From assembly GCA_965202805.1 (NCBI GenBank), contig OZ241869.1, positions 192,001-256,000 of the forward strand: a stretch of DNA of 64,000 nucleotides, given 5' to 3'. The DNA comes from Longimicrobiales bacterium (GTDB lineage: Bacteria > Gemmatimonadota > Gemmatimonadetes > Longimicrobiales > Gaopeijiaceae). Both the position numbers and the translations under genes were made by a program. The notes under the pieces are model-generated. The model searched no databases, was not told the origin of the DNA, and saw nothing but the letters and a program-made list of their open reading frames with translations. Below, one piece after another: positions 50,401-59,403 of this stretch; positions within the stretch are counted from its first letter, which is position 1; every line of letters begins with the position of its first letter.

Positions 50401-50564
50401 CCTCAAGGACGCCGACGGCGAGCGCCAGGGTCCGGGCTGGCTCATCCCTGTACGTCCACTGGACGCCAGGCGGCTCGCTCGATCCGACGAGCATAAAGGT
50501 CACGGCGGGCGGGGGTGGCCCTGTCCCCGGCCACATTTCGGTCTGGGCTCTACGGATTCGGTAA
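47448..50564 (+). CDS. Lipoprotein: 3 Big_2, cadherin-like and IPT/TIG-like domains, plus an M30-like zinc-peptidase tip
   Basis: LAC lipobox, DGDAPTEPPPP, 85-aa repeats, NRAP...FSDPDGDALSY, ITGSGFS, DVDGNGRILIL, LIAHEAAH...WELEGGA. Confidence 0.82.
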   Translation: MMRARPFHLPPLALLTALLAATFFLACLDGDAPTEPPPPEPLRATTITVSPATVDLAALGATVQLSAQVQDQNGQGMAGAAVTWASAAAAVAAVSTSGLVTAVANGSATITATSGSASGSAAVTVAQTVSSVAVTPDTASLVALGDTVRLSAEAFDADGSAVAGAEFSWESSDESVVAVDASGLATAMANGTATITATSGSASGSAAVTVAQAVSSVAVTPDTASLGALGDTVRLSAEAFDANGHAVAGAEFSWESSDEGVATVDGSGLVTAVGNGQATITAAVGDALGQSAITVAANRAPMAVDSIPPHVVVPRGEASVDVTPYFSDPDGDALSYAAASSAPEVAAAAVSGAEVTVTGVSAGTATITVTASDPDGLSAQQAFQATVRQAGFSITAVEPTVLIEGDEATITGSGFSSTITNNLVTIDGLPARVVSASRTNLVIGVPVADCRPPRRAELRVSVGSRSDSLTVGVAPLAQEDMALPQYSYIHTRAGDGCVHLPGSASGGEYLIGVVSTSERPASLTSVTLNGTPGDLTVAGTAATASASARAELRRMPARPLADNPSQPAAPAPRVPDSPVLVRDDSLRVRRASANNEVMARNAAWLRELGRASPPAPGADGQHRGLEAGDTTSVYEPSSNNWGCSAGGRRIDAVVRLVGSHTIWLEDLDNPSGTFSNSELVDLDALYAAHIASVLDDYFGGLSDVDGNGRILILMTQEVNRSQGAGGYVFLPDLWPTDRCAASNRAEILYGWVPDPDGVVGPATSKERVFADYPSLIAHEAAHIAQHRARALGNAGEKKSWELEGGAVLAEQLVAYRLFGHASGQNLGYAEFSAGAHWQSGWFWDMARFFGWDPDKSGGRVPHAPEQCTWIGRPREGNSGPCRHPQTAVYGVPSMVFRYALDRWGGAYPGGEEALMRRLTQSPTQGFASLRDVSAWRTEAILADFYITLWLDLQPGLHARGMTSWNLHDIFDRFPETTWLQPRPSTSRTPTASARVRAGSSLYVHWTPGGSLDPTSIKVTAGGGGPVPGHISVWALRIR
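47531..48291 (+). repeat. Stalk repeat copy 1 (near-identical to 53576..54336; internal 255-bp period)
   Basis: Long exact runs shared at offset 6045; unit starts at 47820 and 48075. Confidence 0.9.
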
Positions 50565-50683
50565 GCGTGAGACGGCATCGCGAGCATCACACTTGTCCAG
50601 TCCCGGCGGGCAAGGCGTCGGGAACCGGCCTCGACGTGTTGTTCAGCCGAGGAATCGCAGATACGGAGGCATGGAGCAGATGA
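50565..50683 (+). pseudogene. Decayed C-terminal remnant of a paralog of the 50680..53466 gene
   Basis: Reads A*DGIASITL (cf. AWEGNLASITL) then GTGLDVLFSRGIADTEAWSR* (cf. GTGLDVLFSRGIPDTEAWRR*); the stop overlaps the next ATG. Confidence 0.75.
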
Positions 50684-50825
50684 CTCGGCAGACCGGGCGG
50701 AGGGAACGACATCGACCGAGGCGACCCGGACACCGGACCCTCGTCCGGCTCGGAGCCTTCCTCGCGGCCGTGGCCCTGGTCAAGGGGTGCGGGGACGGCG
50801 ACGCCCCGACAGGGCCGCCGCCCGA
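50606..50825 (+). repeat. Junction repeat copy 1 (similar to 53389..53608)
   Basis: Gene end, ATGA overlap and signal peptide repeated at offset 2783. Confidence 0.88.
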
Positions 50826-53466
50826 ACCCGAACCCGCCCATCCCACGGCGGTCGCCGTCAGCCCCGCCACCGCCGTGCTGGCCACCCTGGGCGCGACCGT
50901 GCAGCTCGAGGCCGAGGTGCGCGACCAGAACGGAAACGTGATGACGGGAGCCCAGGTCGTCTGGTCGAGCAGCGATACGCTGGTGGCGACCGTTGGCTCG
51001 TCCGGTCTGGTGACCGGGGCCGCCGAAGGCACCGCCACGGTCGCCGCGACCGCGGGCAGCGTACGAGGAACCGCGGAGATCACGGTCGTGGATTCGGCCA
51101 GGGACCCGGACCGGGCAGCACTGGTGGTGCTCTACCACGCGACCGGCGGGCCGGACTGGGTGGAGAACGACTACTGGCTGACGAACAGCCCGCTCGGTGA
51201 CTGGTTCGGAGTTGACACGGACGCCGATGGGCGAGTCGTCGATCTGGAACTGTGGAGCAATGACCTTAGCGGTTCGATTCCGCCCGAACTGGGCAGCCTC
51301 GACCGCCTTCGGTCCTTGAACCTTTACAACAACTACCTGGCGGGTCCGATCCCGCCGGAACTCGGCAACCTCGCCAGCCTTGAGGACCTGCGCCTCGACG
51401 ACACCAGGGTGTCCGGCCCGATCCCCCCGGAGCTCGGCAACCTCTCCGCCCTGCGGTCGCTATCCCTTGATGACAACAACCTGACGGGGCCGATCCCGTC
51501 CGAACTGGGCAAGCTCGGCAGCCTGAGACGGCTGGACCTCGCCGAGAACGAGCTGACCGGCCCGATCCCCCCGGAACTGAGCGAACTCGAACACCTGTGG
51601 GGGCTGTTCCTCCGGGGCAACCAGCTGACGGGGCCGATCCCGGCGTGGCTGGGTGACCTCCCCGACCTGTACTATTTGGCGCTTTCCGGCAACGTGCTGA
51701 CGGGCACGATCCCTCCCGAACTCGGAAACCTCTCCGAGTTGTCCCTCCTGGGGTTGGCCTCCAACCGTCTGTCAGGTCCGGTGCCCGATGAGTTCGGAGG
51801 AATGACGAAACTGCGGCGGCTCTACCTGACGAACAACCCCTGGCTGTCGGGGGCACTGCCGCCGAGCCTGACGGATCTCCGCCTGGAGGAATTGATGGCT
51901 GGGGGCACGGGCCTGTGCGCGCCGGAGGAGTCGGGCTTCCGAGCGTGGCTGCTGACGGTCCGCTTTTCGCGGATCCGCTCCTGTGAAGGCGGGTCCGCGA
52001 TGGCCTACCTTACCCAGGCCGTGCAGTCGCGCGAATACCCGGTCCCGCTGGTCGCGGGCGAAGAGGCCCTGCTGCGGGTGTTCGTCACGGCCACGCGTTC
52101 CACGACGGTCGGCATCCCTCCCGTCCGGGCGCGTTTCTACGTGAACGGGACCCTGCGCCATGTGGTGGACATCCCGAGGAAGACATCGTCGATCCCCACC
52201 CAGGTTGTCGAAGGGAATCTGTCCGGGTCCGCGAACGCAGTGATCCCCGGCGAGGTCGTGCAGCCCGGTCTTGAGATGGAGATCGAGGTCGATCCGGACG
52301 GGACGGTGGACGCCGGTCTCCTGATGGCGAGGCGGATCCCGGAGACCGGGCGCGTGGCCGTGGAGGTGCACGAGATGCCGGCGTTCTCCTTCACGCTGAT
52401 CCCGTTCGTCTGGCGCGCCAACCCCGACTCGGCGGTCATCGGAATGACGCAGGGCATGGCGGCAGACCCTCAGGGCCATGAACTGCTCTGGCATACACGC
52501 ACCCTGCTTCCGATCGACTCTCTCGAAATCACGCTCCATCCGCCTGTGGTGACCTCGACCAACAATACCGGGCTGCTGGCGGACGAGATGTCGGCAATAC
52601 GGGCTCTGGAGGGCGAGGACGCCTACTATGTGGGCACGATGAGCGGCACTATCAGCGGTTCCGCCTACGCGGGCTGGGCGGTCGCGTTTGTGTGGTTGGA
52701 CGGGGGGGTTATCGCTCACGAGTTGGGCCACACCCTGGACCTCTTGCATGCGCCTTGCGGCAACCCGAGCCTGGTCGACGAGGCGTACCCCTATCCGGAC
52801 GGATCCATCGGTGTCTGGGGGTACGACTTCCGCCAAGGCGGGAGTCTGGTGTCCCCGAACGCGCGGGACATAATGGGCTACTGCGGGCACGATTGGGTCA
52901 GCGACTACCACTTCACCAGGGCGCTCCGCTACCGCCTCTTCAACCCACGCGCGCCGGTGTCCGCCGATTTTGGCGCCGCGGCCGGTGCGAGCGCCGAGTC
53001 TCTGCTCCTTTGGGGCGGGACCAGCGCGGACGGCAAGCCCTACCTCAACCCCGCTTTTGTGGTCGACGCCCCGCGAACGCTGCCGGACCACACGGGAGAG
53101 CACCGCATCGTCGGCCGCACGGCTGGCGGGCGTGAGCTCTTTTCCCTCAGCTTCACGATGCCCGAGATCGCCGACGGCGACGGGAACTCGTCGTTCGCTT
53201 TCGTTGTGCCGACGCGGCCCGCCTGGGAAGGCAACCTGGCCAGCATCACGCTCACCGGCCCAAGCGGCTCGGTCACCCTGGACGGCGACAGCGATATTCC
53301 GATGGCCATCCTGCGCGATCCACGGACCGGGCAGGTGCGGGGGATCCTGCGCGACCCGCCACCCGCCACGCAGGCCGCCGCGGACGTAGCGGGACAGGGC
53401 GTCGGAACCGGCCTCGATGTCTTGTTCAGCCGCGGGATTCCGGATACGGAGGCGTGGCGCAGATGA
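50680..53466 (+). CDS. Lipoprotein: Big_2, ~9 plant-type LRRs and an M66-like zinc-metalloprotease domain
   Basis: VKGC lipobox-like, LxGxIPxELGxLxxL 24-aa repeats, YLTQAVQ...LVAGEEALLRVF, IAHELGHTLDLLHAPCG, DIMGYC. Confidence 0.85.
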   Translation: MTRQTGRRERHRPRRPGHRTLVRLGAFLAAVALVKGCGDGDAPTGPPPEPEPAHPTAVAVSPATAVLATLGATVQLEAEVRDQNGNVMTGAQVVWSSSDTLVATVGSSGLVTGAAEGTATVAATAGSVRGTAEITVVDSARDPDRAALVVLYHATGGPDWVENDYWLTNSPLGDWFGVDTDADGRVVDLELWSNDLSGSIPPELGSLDRLRSLNLYNNYLAGPIPPELGNLASLEDLRLDDTRVSGPIPPELGNLSALRSLSLDDNNLTGPIPSELGKLGSLRRLDLAENELTGPIPPELSELEHLWGLFLRGNQLTGPIPAWLGDLPDLYYLALSGNVLTGTIPPELGNLSELSLLGLASNRLSGPVPDEFGGMTKLRRLYLTNNPWLSGALPPSLTDLRLEELMAGGTGLCAPEESGFRAWLLTVRFSRIRSCEGGSAMAYLTQAVQSREYPVPLVAGEEALLRVFVTATRSTTVGIPPVRARFYVNGTLRHVVDIPRKTSSIPTQVVEGNLSGSANAVIPGEVVQPGLEMEIEVDPDGTVDAGLLMARRIPETGRVAVEVHEMPAFSFTLIPFVWRANPDSAVIGMTQGMAADPQGHELLWHTRTLLPIDSLEITLHPPVVTSTNNTGLLADEMSAIRALEGEDAYYVGTMSGTISGSAYAGWAVAFVWLDGGVIAHELGHTLDLLHAPCGNPSLVDEAYPYPDGSIGVWGYDFRQGGSLVSPNARDIMGYCGHDWVSDYHFTRALRYRLFNPRAPVSADFGAAAGASAESLLLWGGTSADGKPYLNPAFVVDAPRTLPDHTGEHRIVGRTAGGRELFSLSFTMPEIADGDGNSSFAFVVPTRPAWEGNLASITLTGPSGSVTLDGDSDIPMAILRDPRTGQVRGILRDPPPATQAAADVAGQGVGTGLDVLFSRGIPDTEAWRR

Positions 53467-53608
53467 CTTGGCGGGCCTGTGGGAAGGAACAACATCGGCC
53501 GAGGCGACCCGGCCACCGGACCCTCGTCCGGCTCGCAGCCTTGCTCGCGGCCGTGGCCTTGGCCAAGGGGTGCGGGGACGGCGACGCCCCGACAGAGCCG
53601 CCTCCGCC
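53389..53608 (+). repeat. Junction repeat copy 2
   Basis: Matches 50606..50825. Confidence 0.88.
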
Positions 53609-55832
53609 CGATCTACCCCGGGCGACGACGATCACCGTGAGCCCGGCCACGGCCGATCTGGCCGCACTTGGTGCGACGGTTCAGTTGTCCGCGCAAGTTC
53701 AGGACCAGAACGGTCAGGCGATGGCGGGCGCAGCGGTGACCTGGGCCAGCAGCGCGGCCGCCGTGGCGGCGGTAAGCACGTCCGGGCTGGTCACGGCGGT
53801 GGCCAACGGAAGCGCCACGATCACGGCGACCTCGGGATCGGCCTCCGGAAGCGCGACAGTGACCGTGGCCCAGTCAGTCAGTTTGGTGGCGGTGACGTCG
53901 GATACGGCAAGCTTTGGGGCTCTTGGCGACACGGTGCGGCTGTCCGCCGAGGCGTTCGACGCGAACGGGAGCGCAGTGGCGGGCGCCGAGTTCTCGTGGG
54001 AATCGAGCGACGAGTCGGTGGCGACAGTGGACGCGTCCGGGCTGGTGACGGCGGTGGCCAACGGGAGCGCCACGATCACGGCGACCTCGGGATCGGCCTC
54101 GGGAAGCGCGGCGGTAACCGTGGCTCAGGCGGTCAGTTCGGTGGCGGTGACACCGGATGCGGCCAGACTTGGGGCTCTTGGCGATACGGTGCGGCTGTCC
54201 GCCGGGGCGTTCGACGCGAACGGGCATGCCATGGCGGGGACGGAGTTCTCGTGGGAGTCGAGCGACGAAGCGGTGGCGGCGGTGGACGGCTCGGGTCTGG
54301 TGACGGCGGCGGGCAACGGGACGGCGACCATCACGGCGACCTCGGATTCGGCCTCGGGGAGCGCAACGGTGACGGTGGCGCAGGACGTGAGCGCGGTCAC
54401 CGTGACGCCAGCGACCGATACGGTGGTGGCGGGCGACACGCTTCGACTGGTCGCGGAGGCCACCGACGCGAGCGGCCATCCGGTGGCGGGGGCCGAGCTC
54501 TCGTGGGCGTCCGGCGACACGACGGTCGCGACCGTGGACCCGTCGGGGCTGGTCACCGGAGTCGCGGCCGGGGAGGTCGAAATCGCCGCCACTTCGTCCG
54601 GGGTGACGGGCCGCGCGGCACTCGCGGTCGCGGACCCGGTGCCCGCGGCGGTGGTGGTGACTCCCGACACGGTGTTGCTGAGCGCGCTCGGACAGACCGC
54701 GCAGTTGGCTGCGGAGGTGCGCGACCAGATCGGGCGCATCATGGAGGGCAGCCTGGTTGTCTGGTCGAGTGCGGACACCAACGTCGCGGCGGTCGATACG
54801 GCCGGACTGGTGACGGCAATCGGCGGAGGCGCGACCACGATCACCGCCACCGCTGGCGAGGTCTCCGTCACGGCGGTAGTGACGGTCACGCAGTCGGCCC
54901 GTTCGGTCGTCGTGTCGCCAGCCGCGGACACGGTCGCGCCCGGCGACACGCTGCGGCTCGCCGCGGAGGCGTTCGACGCCAACGGCCATGCAATCACGGG
55001 CGCGGTCTTCGAGTGGTCGTCGCCCGACACGGCTGTGGCTGTGGTGGACGCAGTTGGTCTGGTTACGGGGGTTGGGGCGGGAGAGGTTGAGATTACGGCC
55101 ACTGCGGGCGGGGGAGGCGTGTCCGGAAACGCGGCGGTGCGCGTGATGAAGTCGGCTCAAGCCTGTGCCGTCACGAGGTCCCTGGCGCTACGCCATGACG
55201 CTCAGTTTGGAAACCACGGAGTGGTCCGTGAGTGGGACGGAACCCCGTTCCGGGTGGACATGGTACGCAACTTTCCCGAGTTCGTCACCGACGCCGATCT
55301 CCAGCGGTTGCTCGATCCGGTCGGTCGGCTTGCAGATCAGATCGAGACGCAACTCGGGTACCGGATTGTGGAGATGGGAGGACTCGTCGAAGTTCCGTCG
55401 GGCGCCGCGGTCGGCTGGGATCAGAGATTCGATCAGTATTTCCAGTCCCATCGCCTTCGGGAGCGTGGCCAGATTCTTGTGTTCTACATGAATGACGACA
55501 ACCCGCAGGATTGGGACGGCCGGGGTGGGGCACCGATGAGTGCACACCCCTGCTGCGGGACGATTACCTATAACAAACGGACCATGGGGCCTTGGTGGAC
55601 GGATGACGATCCTTGCTGCAAGGGCAACGCCAACGGACGCAACGGAGAGACCCTCGTCCACGAGTTGTTTCATCTCCTGGGTTTCAAGCATGCCTTCAAT
55701 CAGCCCGAGCTTGTCGGAGTCAAGATGTCGCGCGATGGGCTCGACAGTCCGTGGACGACCGGATCTCGGATCTTCTACGCCACACGGAGCGATGTGGACA
55801 ACCTCCGGTGCATCTTTCCCGAAGGGGGATGA
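53463..55832 (+). CDS. Lipoprotein: 6 Big_2 domains plus a metzincin-like tip
   Basis: AKGC lipobox-like, six ~85-aa repeats, HELFHLLGFKH followed by a Met-turn-like KMS; ATG overlaps the previous stop (ATGA). Confidence 0.85.
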   Translation: MTWRACGKEQHRPRRPGHRTLVRLAALLAAVALAKGCGDGDAPTEPPPPDLPRATTITVSPATADLAALGATVQLSAQVQDQNGQAMAGAAVTWASSAAAVAAVSTSGLVTAVANGSATITATSGSASGSATVTVAQSVSLVAVTSDTASFGALGDTVRLSAEAFDANGSAVAGAEFSWESSDESVATVDASGLVTAVANGSATITATSGSASGSAAVTVAQAVSSVAVTPDAARLGALGDTVRLSAGAFDANGHAMAGTEFSWESSDEAVAAVDGSGLVTAAGNGTATITATSDSASGSATVTVAQDVSAVTVTPATDTVVAGDTLRLVAEATDASGHPVAGAELSWASGDTTVATVDPSGLVTGVAAGEVEIAATSSGVTGRAALAVADPVPAAVVVTPDTVLLSALGQTAQLAAEVRDQIGRIMEGSLVVWSSADTNVAAVDTAGLVTAIGGGATTITATAGEVSVTAVVTVTQSARSVVVSPAADTVAPGDTLRLAAEAFDANGHAITGAVFEWSSPDTAVAVVDAVGLVTGVGAGEVEITATAGGGGVSGNAAVRVMKSAQACAVTRSLALRHDAQFGNHGVVREWDGTPFRVDMVRNFPEFVTDADLQRLLDPVGRLADQIETQLGYRIVEMGGLVEVPSGAAVGWDQRFDQYFQSHRLRERGQILVFYMNDDNPQDWDGRGGAPMSAHPCCGTITYNKRTMGPWWTDDDPCCKGNANGRNGETLVHELFHLLGFKHAFNQPELVGVKMSRDGLDSPWTTGSRIFYATRSDVDNLRCIFPEGG
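53576..54336 (+). repeat. Stalk repeat copy 2
   Basis: Matches 47531..48291; unit starts at 53865, 54120 and 54375. Confidence 0.9.
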
Positions 55833-55867
55833 GATCGAGAGCCCCCGGCGCTCCCGCCGTTCTCGGC

Positions 55868-56596
55868 TTAGCCGACCGGAACTCCCAGGCCCGCCCGAAT
55901 CGTCAGCGCCCGGTGCTTCACCGATCCGCCAGGATCATCGCTGACGTTGGAGAGTCCCAGAGTATAGAGCAAGCCCAGATGGGCATTGATCGAGTCGGTC
56001 AACCCGATCTCGATTCCGGCGCCCCCGGCGAGGCCGACATCGACCGTCCGAAAACCGAGCTCGGCTTCGTCGCAGTCGACGCTGCCGGTGACTGCGGGCT
56101 CGTCGAGGCCGCTGAGGCGGACAACTGCTTCGCATGAATGCCGCAGGCCCAGCGCCGGGCCCGCGAGCAGGTGTCCGGAAACGCGGTCGCCCGACAGCGG
56201 AAACCCGACTCTGGCCAGGGCCGTGAGCTCGACATAGTCCATCTCGTAGTCGGCGTCGAAAATCGCGCCCGGCGGCATCTCCTCGAGCCCGCCCAACATG
56301 TCACCCATCCTCTCCAGGACCCCGAGCACGTCCAGGCGTGCTCCCTTCTGAGCGTAGCGTCCTCCCAGCTGGAGCCCGAACCGGTCCGAGACCGGAAGGG
56401 TGGCCGCCATGCCGACCGACATCCTCGTCAGGGATTCGAACCCGGGAGAAAGTGTCCCGTCGCCATCGGTGTCCAGGGAGGTGATGTTCACGCCACCGGT
56501 AAGCGACAGCGTCGTCTGCGCGCGAACAGGCGCTCCCGGCGTGAGGAAGGCGGCGGTCAGGAGTGTGGACAGCAGGAGTATGGGAAGCCGCTTCAT
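55868..56596 (-). CDS. Outer-membrane beta-barrel (porin/PorT-like) protein
   Basis: Signal peptide ending VRA-Q, GGVN, YAQKG, DYVEL, LAGP, YTLGLSNV, terminal beta strand. Confidence 0.78.
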   Translation of the reverse strand: MKRLPILLLSTLLTAAFLTPGAPVRAQTTLSLTGGVNITSLDTDGDGTLSPGFESLTRMSVGMAATLPVSDRFGLQLGGRYAQKGARLDVLGVLERMGDMLGGLEEMPPGAIFDADYEMDYVELTALARVGFPLSGDRVSGHLLAGPALGLRHSCEAVVRLSGLDEPAVTGSVDCDEAELGFRTVDVGLAGGAGIEIGLTDSINAHLGLLYTLGLSNVSDDPGGSVKHRALTIRAGLGVPVG

Positions 56597-56728
56597 GAGG
56601 ACCCCGCTGGTGGATGGTGGAGAAGGACCTCCGAGCCGGCCCGGACGGCAAGCTGGCCGGACAGGCAGAGCTCGAGCAATATTCGGACCAGGAGACGTTC
56701 TGGCGACCTGTCCCCCGGGAGGATATTC

Positions 56729-57943
56729 ATGAACCTCGGCTCGTCCGGACCACTCCCGCTCGCCCTTCCCGTCCTGGCGCTCCTCGCGGGGATCGCTGCG
56801 GCCTGCGGCCCGGAAACCACCCCCTCCGGCGACCTCACGATCACGACCGACACCACAGGCGGCATCGTGCGCGTGACCAGCACCGGAACCGCGCCCGCCT
56901 GGCAGCTCACCCCGGTCGTCTCCATCGGGCCCAGGTCCCTGTCGGAGACGGGCGCGCCGGAGGAGTTCGGCAGCGTCAACAGCGCCGCGCTCGGCCCGGA
57001 CGAGGCCGTGTTCGTGGCCGACGGCCGCAACCACGAAGTCCGGGTCTTCGGCCTGGACGGGGTCCATCGGCGCACCTTCGGCCGGAACGGCGAAGGCCCG
57101 GGCGAGTTTCGAAGTCTGTATTCGGTTGCATGGATGGGCGACCGTCTCCTGACCCTGGATACCAGTCTGGGTCGCATCGGAGCGTTCTCGGCCGACGGCG
57201 AGTGGCTGGGGCAGCAGCGGGTCGAGGGGAGCTACAGCGGCTCCCCGGCCGGCATCCGCCTCATGCCCGTCGGCCCGGACGAGTTCTATCGACTCGGGCT
57301 TCTCAGGCATGCGACCGGAGTCACCTCCGTGCTCGTCGGCCACGACAGCCGCGGAGAGACCGGCGACACGCTGTCGTGGCTCCAGCGGCCTCCGGGTCCG
57401 GCTGGCAGCATCATCTGCCAATACGGTGGAACGATCACCTTATTTTCCATCCCGTTCGGTCCGGGGCTGGCTCAGCACCCCGGGCCCGGCGCAGTGATGT
57501 ATTCATCGATGACGGATTCGTATCGAATTGCGGTGACCGCGCGGAACGGCGATACCCTGCGCGTGATCGAGCGTCCCCTTCCGCCCGAGCCCATTTCGGA
57601 TGAGGAATGGGCAGCGGGCAATCGGGACTTCGAGGAACTCCTTGCCGAGAGGTCGGATGCCGAGTGCGATCCCCGGCGACCCAGTCGGCCGGAGACGAAG
57701 TCCTTCATCCAGAGCATCTTCATCGCTCCCGACGGCAAGCTCTGGGTGGAGGTAATCCGCACCGCCGGGAACAGGTGGGAGCTATTCGACCCGGAAGGGC
57801 GACTGCTCGGCACCGTTCCCGCACCCCAGCGAAAGGAACGCGCCGCCCCCGCCTTCGGTCCCGATCACCTCATCACGATCCGGCAGGACAGCCTCGACCT
57901 GGACCACGTCGACGTCTGGAGAATCGAGCGCGCGGGGAGCTAG
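56729..57943 (+). CDS. 6-bladed beta-propeller (NHL-like) lipoprotein
   Basis: AAAC lipobox, VFVADGRNHEVRVFGLDG...FGRNGEGPGEF, DSLDLDHV near the C-terminus. Confidence 0.78.
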   Translation: MNLGSSGPLPLALPVLALLAGIAAACGPETTPSGDLTITTDTTGGIVRVTSTGTAPAWQLTPVVSIGPRSLSETGAPEEFGSVNSAALGPDEAVFVADGRNHEVRVFGLDGVHRRTFGRNGEGPGEFRSLYSVAWMGDRLLTLDTSLGRIGAFSADGEWLGQQRVEGSYSGSPAGIRLMPVGPDEFYRLGLLRHATGVTSVLVGHDSRGETGDTLSWLQRPPGPAGSIICQYGGTITLFSIPFGPGLAQHPGPGAVMYSSMTDSYRIAVTARNGDTLRVIERPLPPEPISDEEWAAGNRDFEELLAERSDAECDPRRPSRPETKSFIQSIFIAPDGKLWVEVIRTAGNRWELFDPEGRLLGTVPAPQRKERAAPAFGPDHLITIRQDSLDLDHVDVWRIERAGS

Positions 57944-57959
57944 ACTAGCCCGACCCGGC

Positions 57960-58328
57960 CTACTCCTCCTCCGGTCTCCGCCGCAACCGCTTCACCCGGC
58001 CGCGCCTGCGCTTCGCCTCCAGCCGCTTGCGCTTCTGGGCCTCGGGCACGCGCGTGGGAATCCGCTTCGGCTTCCGCGCCAGGCGCTTCTCGAGGCGCCG
58101 GCGAAGCCTGGCCAGGGCGACCTGCCGATTGCGGTGCTGGCTGCGGCGCTCCCGGGCCAGCACCACGATGCCGGTGGGGCGATGCGTGAGGCGGACCGCG
58201 CTGTCGGTTACGTTCTGATGCTGCCCGCCCTTGCCTCCGGCGCGCAGAGTGTCGACCCTGCATTCACGCAGGAGCTCCTCGTCGGACGCCGGGAGGGCGC
58301 AGGGCCCGGATGCTCCGGCCTCACTCAC
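57960..58328 (-). CDS. ArfB-like (RF-1 domain) peptidyl-tRNA hydrolase, ribosome rescue
   Basis: [26 protein letters not shown], basic tail [15 protein letters not shown]. Confidence 0.85.
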   Translation of the reverse strand: MSEAGASGPCALPASDEELLRECRVDTLRAGGKGGQHQNVTDSAVRLTHRPTGIVVLARERRSQHRNRQVALARLRRRLEKRLARKPKRIPTRVPEAQKRKRLEAKRRRGRVKRLRRRPEEE

Positions 58329-58341
58329 GGGAAGATCACGA

Positions 58342-59403
58342 ATGCTGGAACGACAGGAAGACAAGCGAGGGGCGCGGGTACTGGGCGTCCTCGCGTCGGT
58401 CGTGGTCGTCGTCGCCGGCCTGAAGCTGGCGGGCAGCATTCTCTCGCTCTTCTTTCTCGCACTGGTCCTCGCGATCCTGACCCTGCCTGTGATGATGTGG
58501 CTGCGCCGTCACGGCGTCCCCTCCCCGATCGCCATCCTGATTTCGGTGCTGCTGGTGGCGGCCGTGGTGGGCGGCCTGCTGCTCCTGGCGAGTCAGGCGT
58601 TTGCCGAGTTCCAGGCCCGGTATCCGGCATATGAGATCCGCCTGCTCCTGCTCTGGGGAATTTGGGAGGCCGCGCTGGCCGAGGTCGAGCTTCCCGTCGT
58701 AGGGAACGTCTTCGCGGCATTGACCGACCTGTTCTCGTTCGAGGCGGCACTCGATTTCGCCACCGGCACCATCCAGCGGGTCCTGGCGCTGGTGACCGAC
58801 ACCTTCCTGGTCCTGTTGATCATGGTCTTCATTCTGGCAGAGGCGGCCGTCTTCCCCCGCAAGCTGCGCATGGCGCTGGGAGAAGGCGGCGACGACTCGA
58901 TCAGGCTTACCAAGATCGTCCGCGAAGTCCAGACCTACCTGACCATCAAGACCCTGGTCTCCCTGGCCACCGGGATCACCATCGGCCTCTTCGCGGCGGC
59001 CATCGGCCTCGACTTTCCGGTGTTGCTCGGGCTCATCGGCTTCGTCCTCAACTACATTCCCACCATCGGTTCGGTGATCGCCTCCGTGCCCGCGGTACTG
59101 CTGGCGCTCATCCAGTTCGGCCTGGGGTCGGCGCTGGGCGTGGGTGTCGTGTACCTGGGCATCAACACCGTCTTCGGAAACATCATCGAACCCAACCTGA
59201 TGGGACGCCGGCTCGGCCTTTCAACCCTGGTTGTCGTCCTCTCCCTCATCTTCTGGGGATGGGTCTGGGGCCCGCTGGGGATGTTCCTGTCGATTCCGCT
59301 GACCATGATTCTCAAGATCCTGCTCGAGAACACCCCCGATCTCCGCTGGATGGCGGTCCTGCTCGGAAAGGGTGTCGGCGATTCCCTCGCACGTGAGGAC
59401 TAA
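58342..59403 (+). CDS. AI-2E family transporter
   Basis: Multiple TM helices, [41 protein letters not shown]. Confidence 0.92.
   Translation: MLERQEDKRGARVLGVLASVVVVVAGLKLAGSILSLFFLALVLAILTLPVMMWLRRHGVPSPIAILISVLLVAAVVGGLLLLASQAFAEFQARYPAYEIRLLLLWGIWEAALAEVELPVVGNVFAALTDLFSFEAALDFATGTIQRVLALVTDTFLVLLIMVFILAEAAVFPRKLRMALGEGGDDSIRLTKIVREVQTYLTIKTLVSLATGITIGLFAAAIGLDFPVLLGLIGFVLNYIPTIGSVIASVPAVLLALIQFGLGSALGVGVVYLGINTVFGNIIEPNLMGRRLGLSTLVVVLSLIFWGWVWGPLGMFLSIPLTMILKILLENTPDLRWMAVLLGKGVGDSLARED

Noticed and set aside
47531..54336. Repeat pairs as a diversity-generating retroelement
   Set aside because: No reverse transcriptase in the window; both copies are coding stalks; mismatches are not adenine-specific.
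46891..55868. Array as an integron, prophage or transposon
   Set aside because: No integrase, transposase, attC-like sites, terminal inverted repeats or phage genes recognised.
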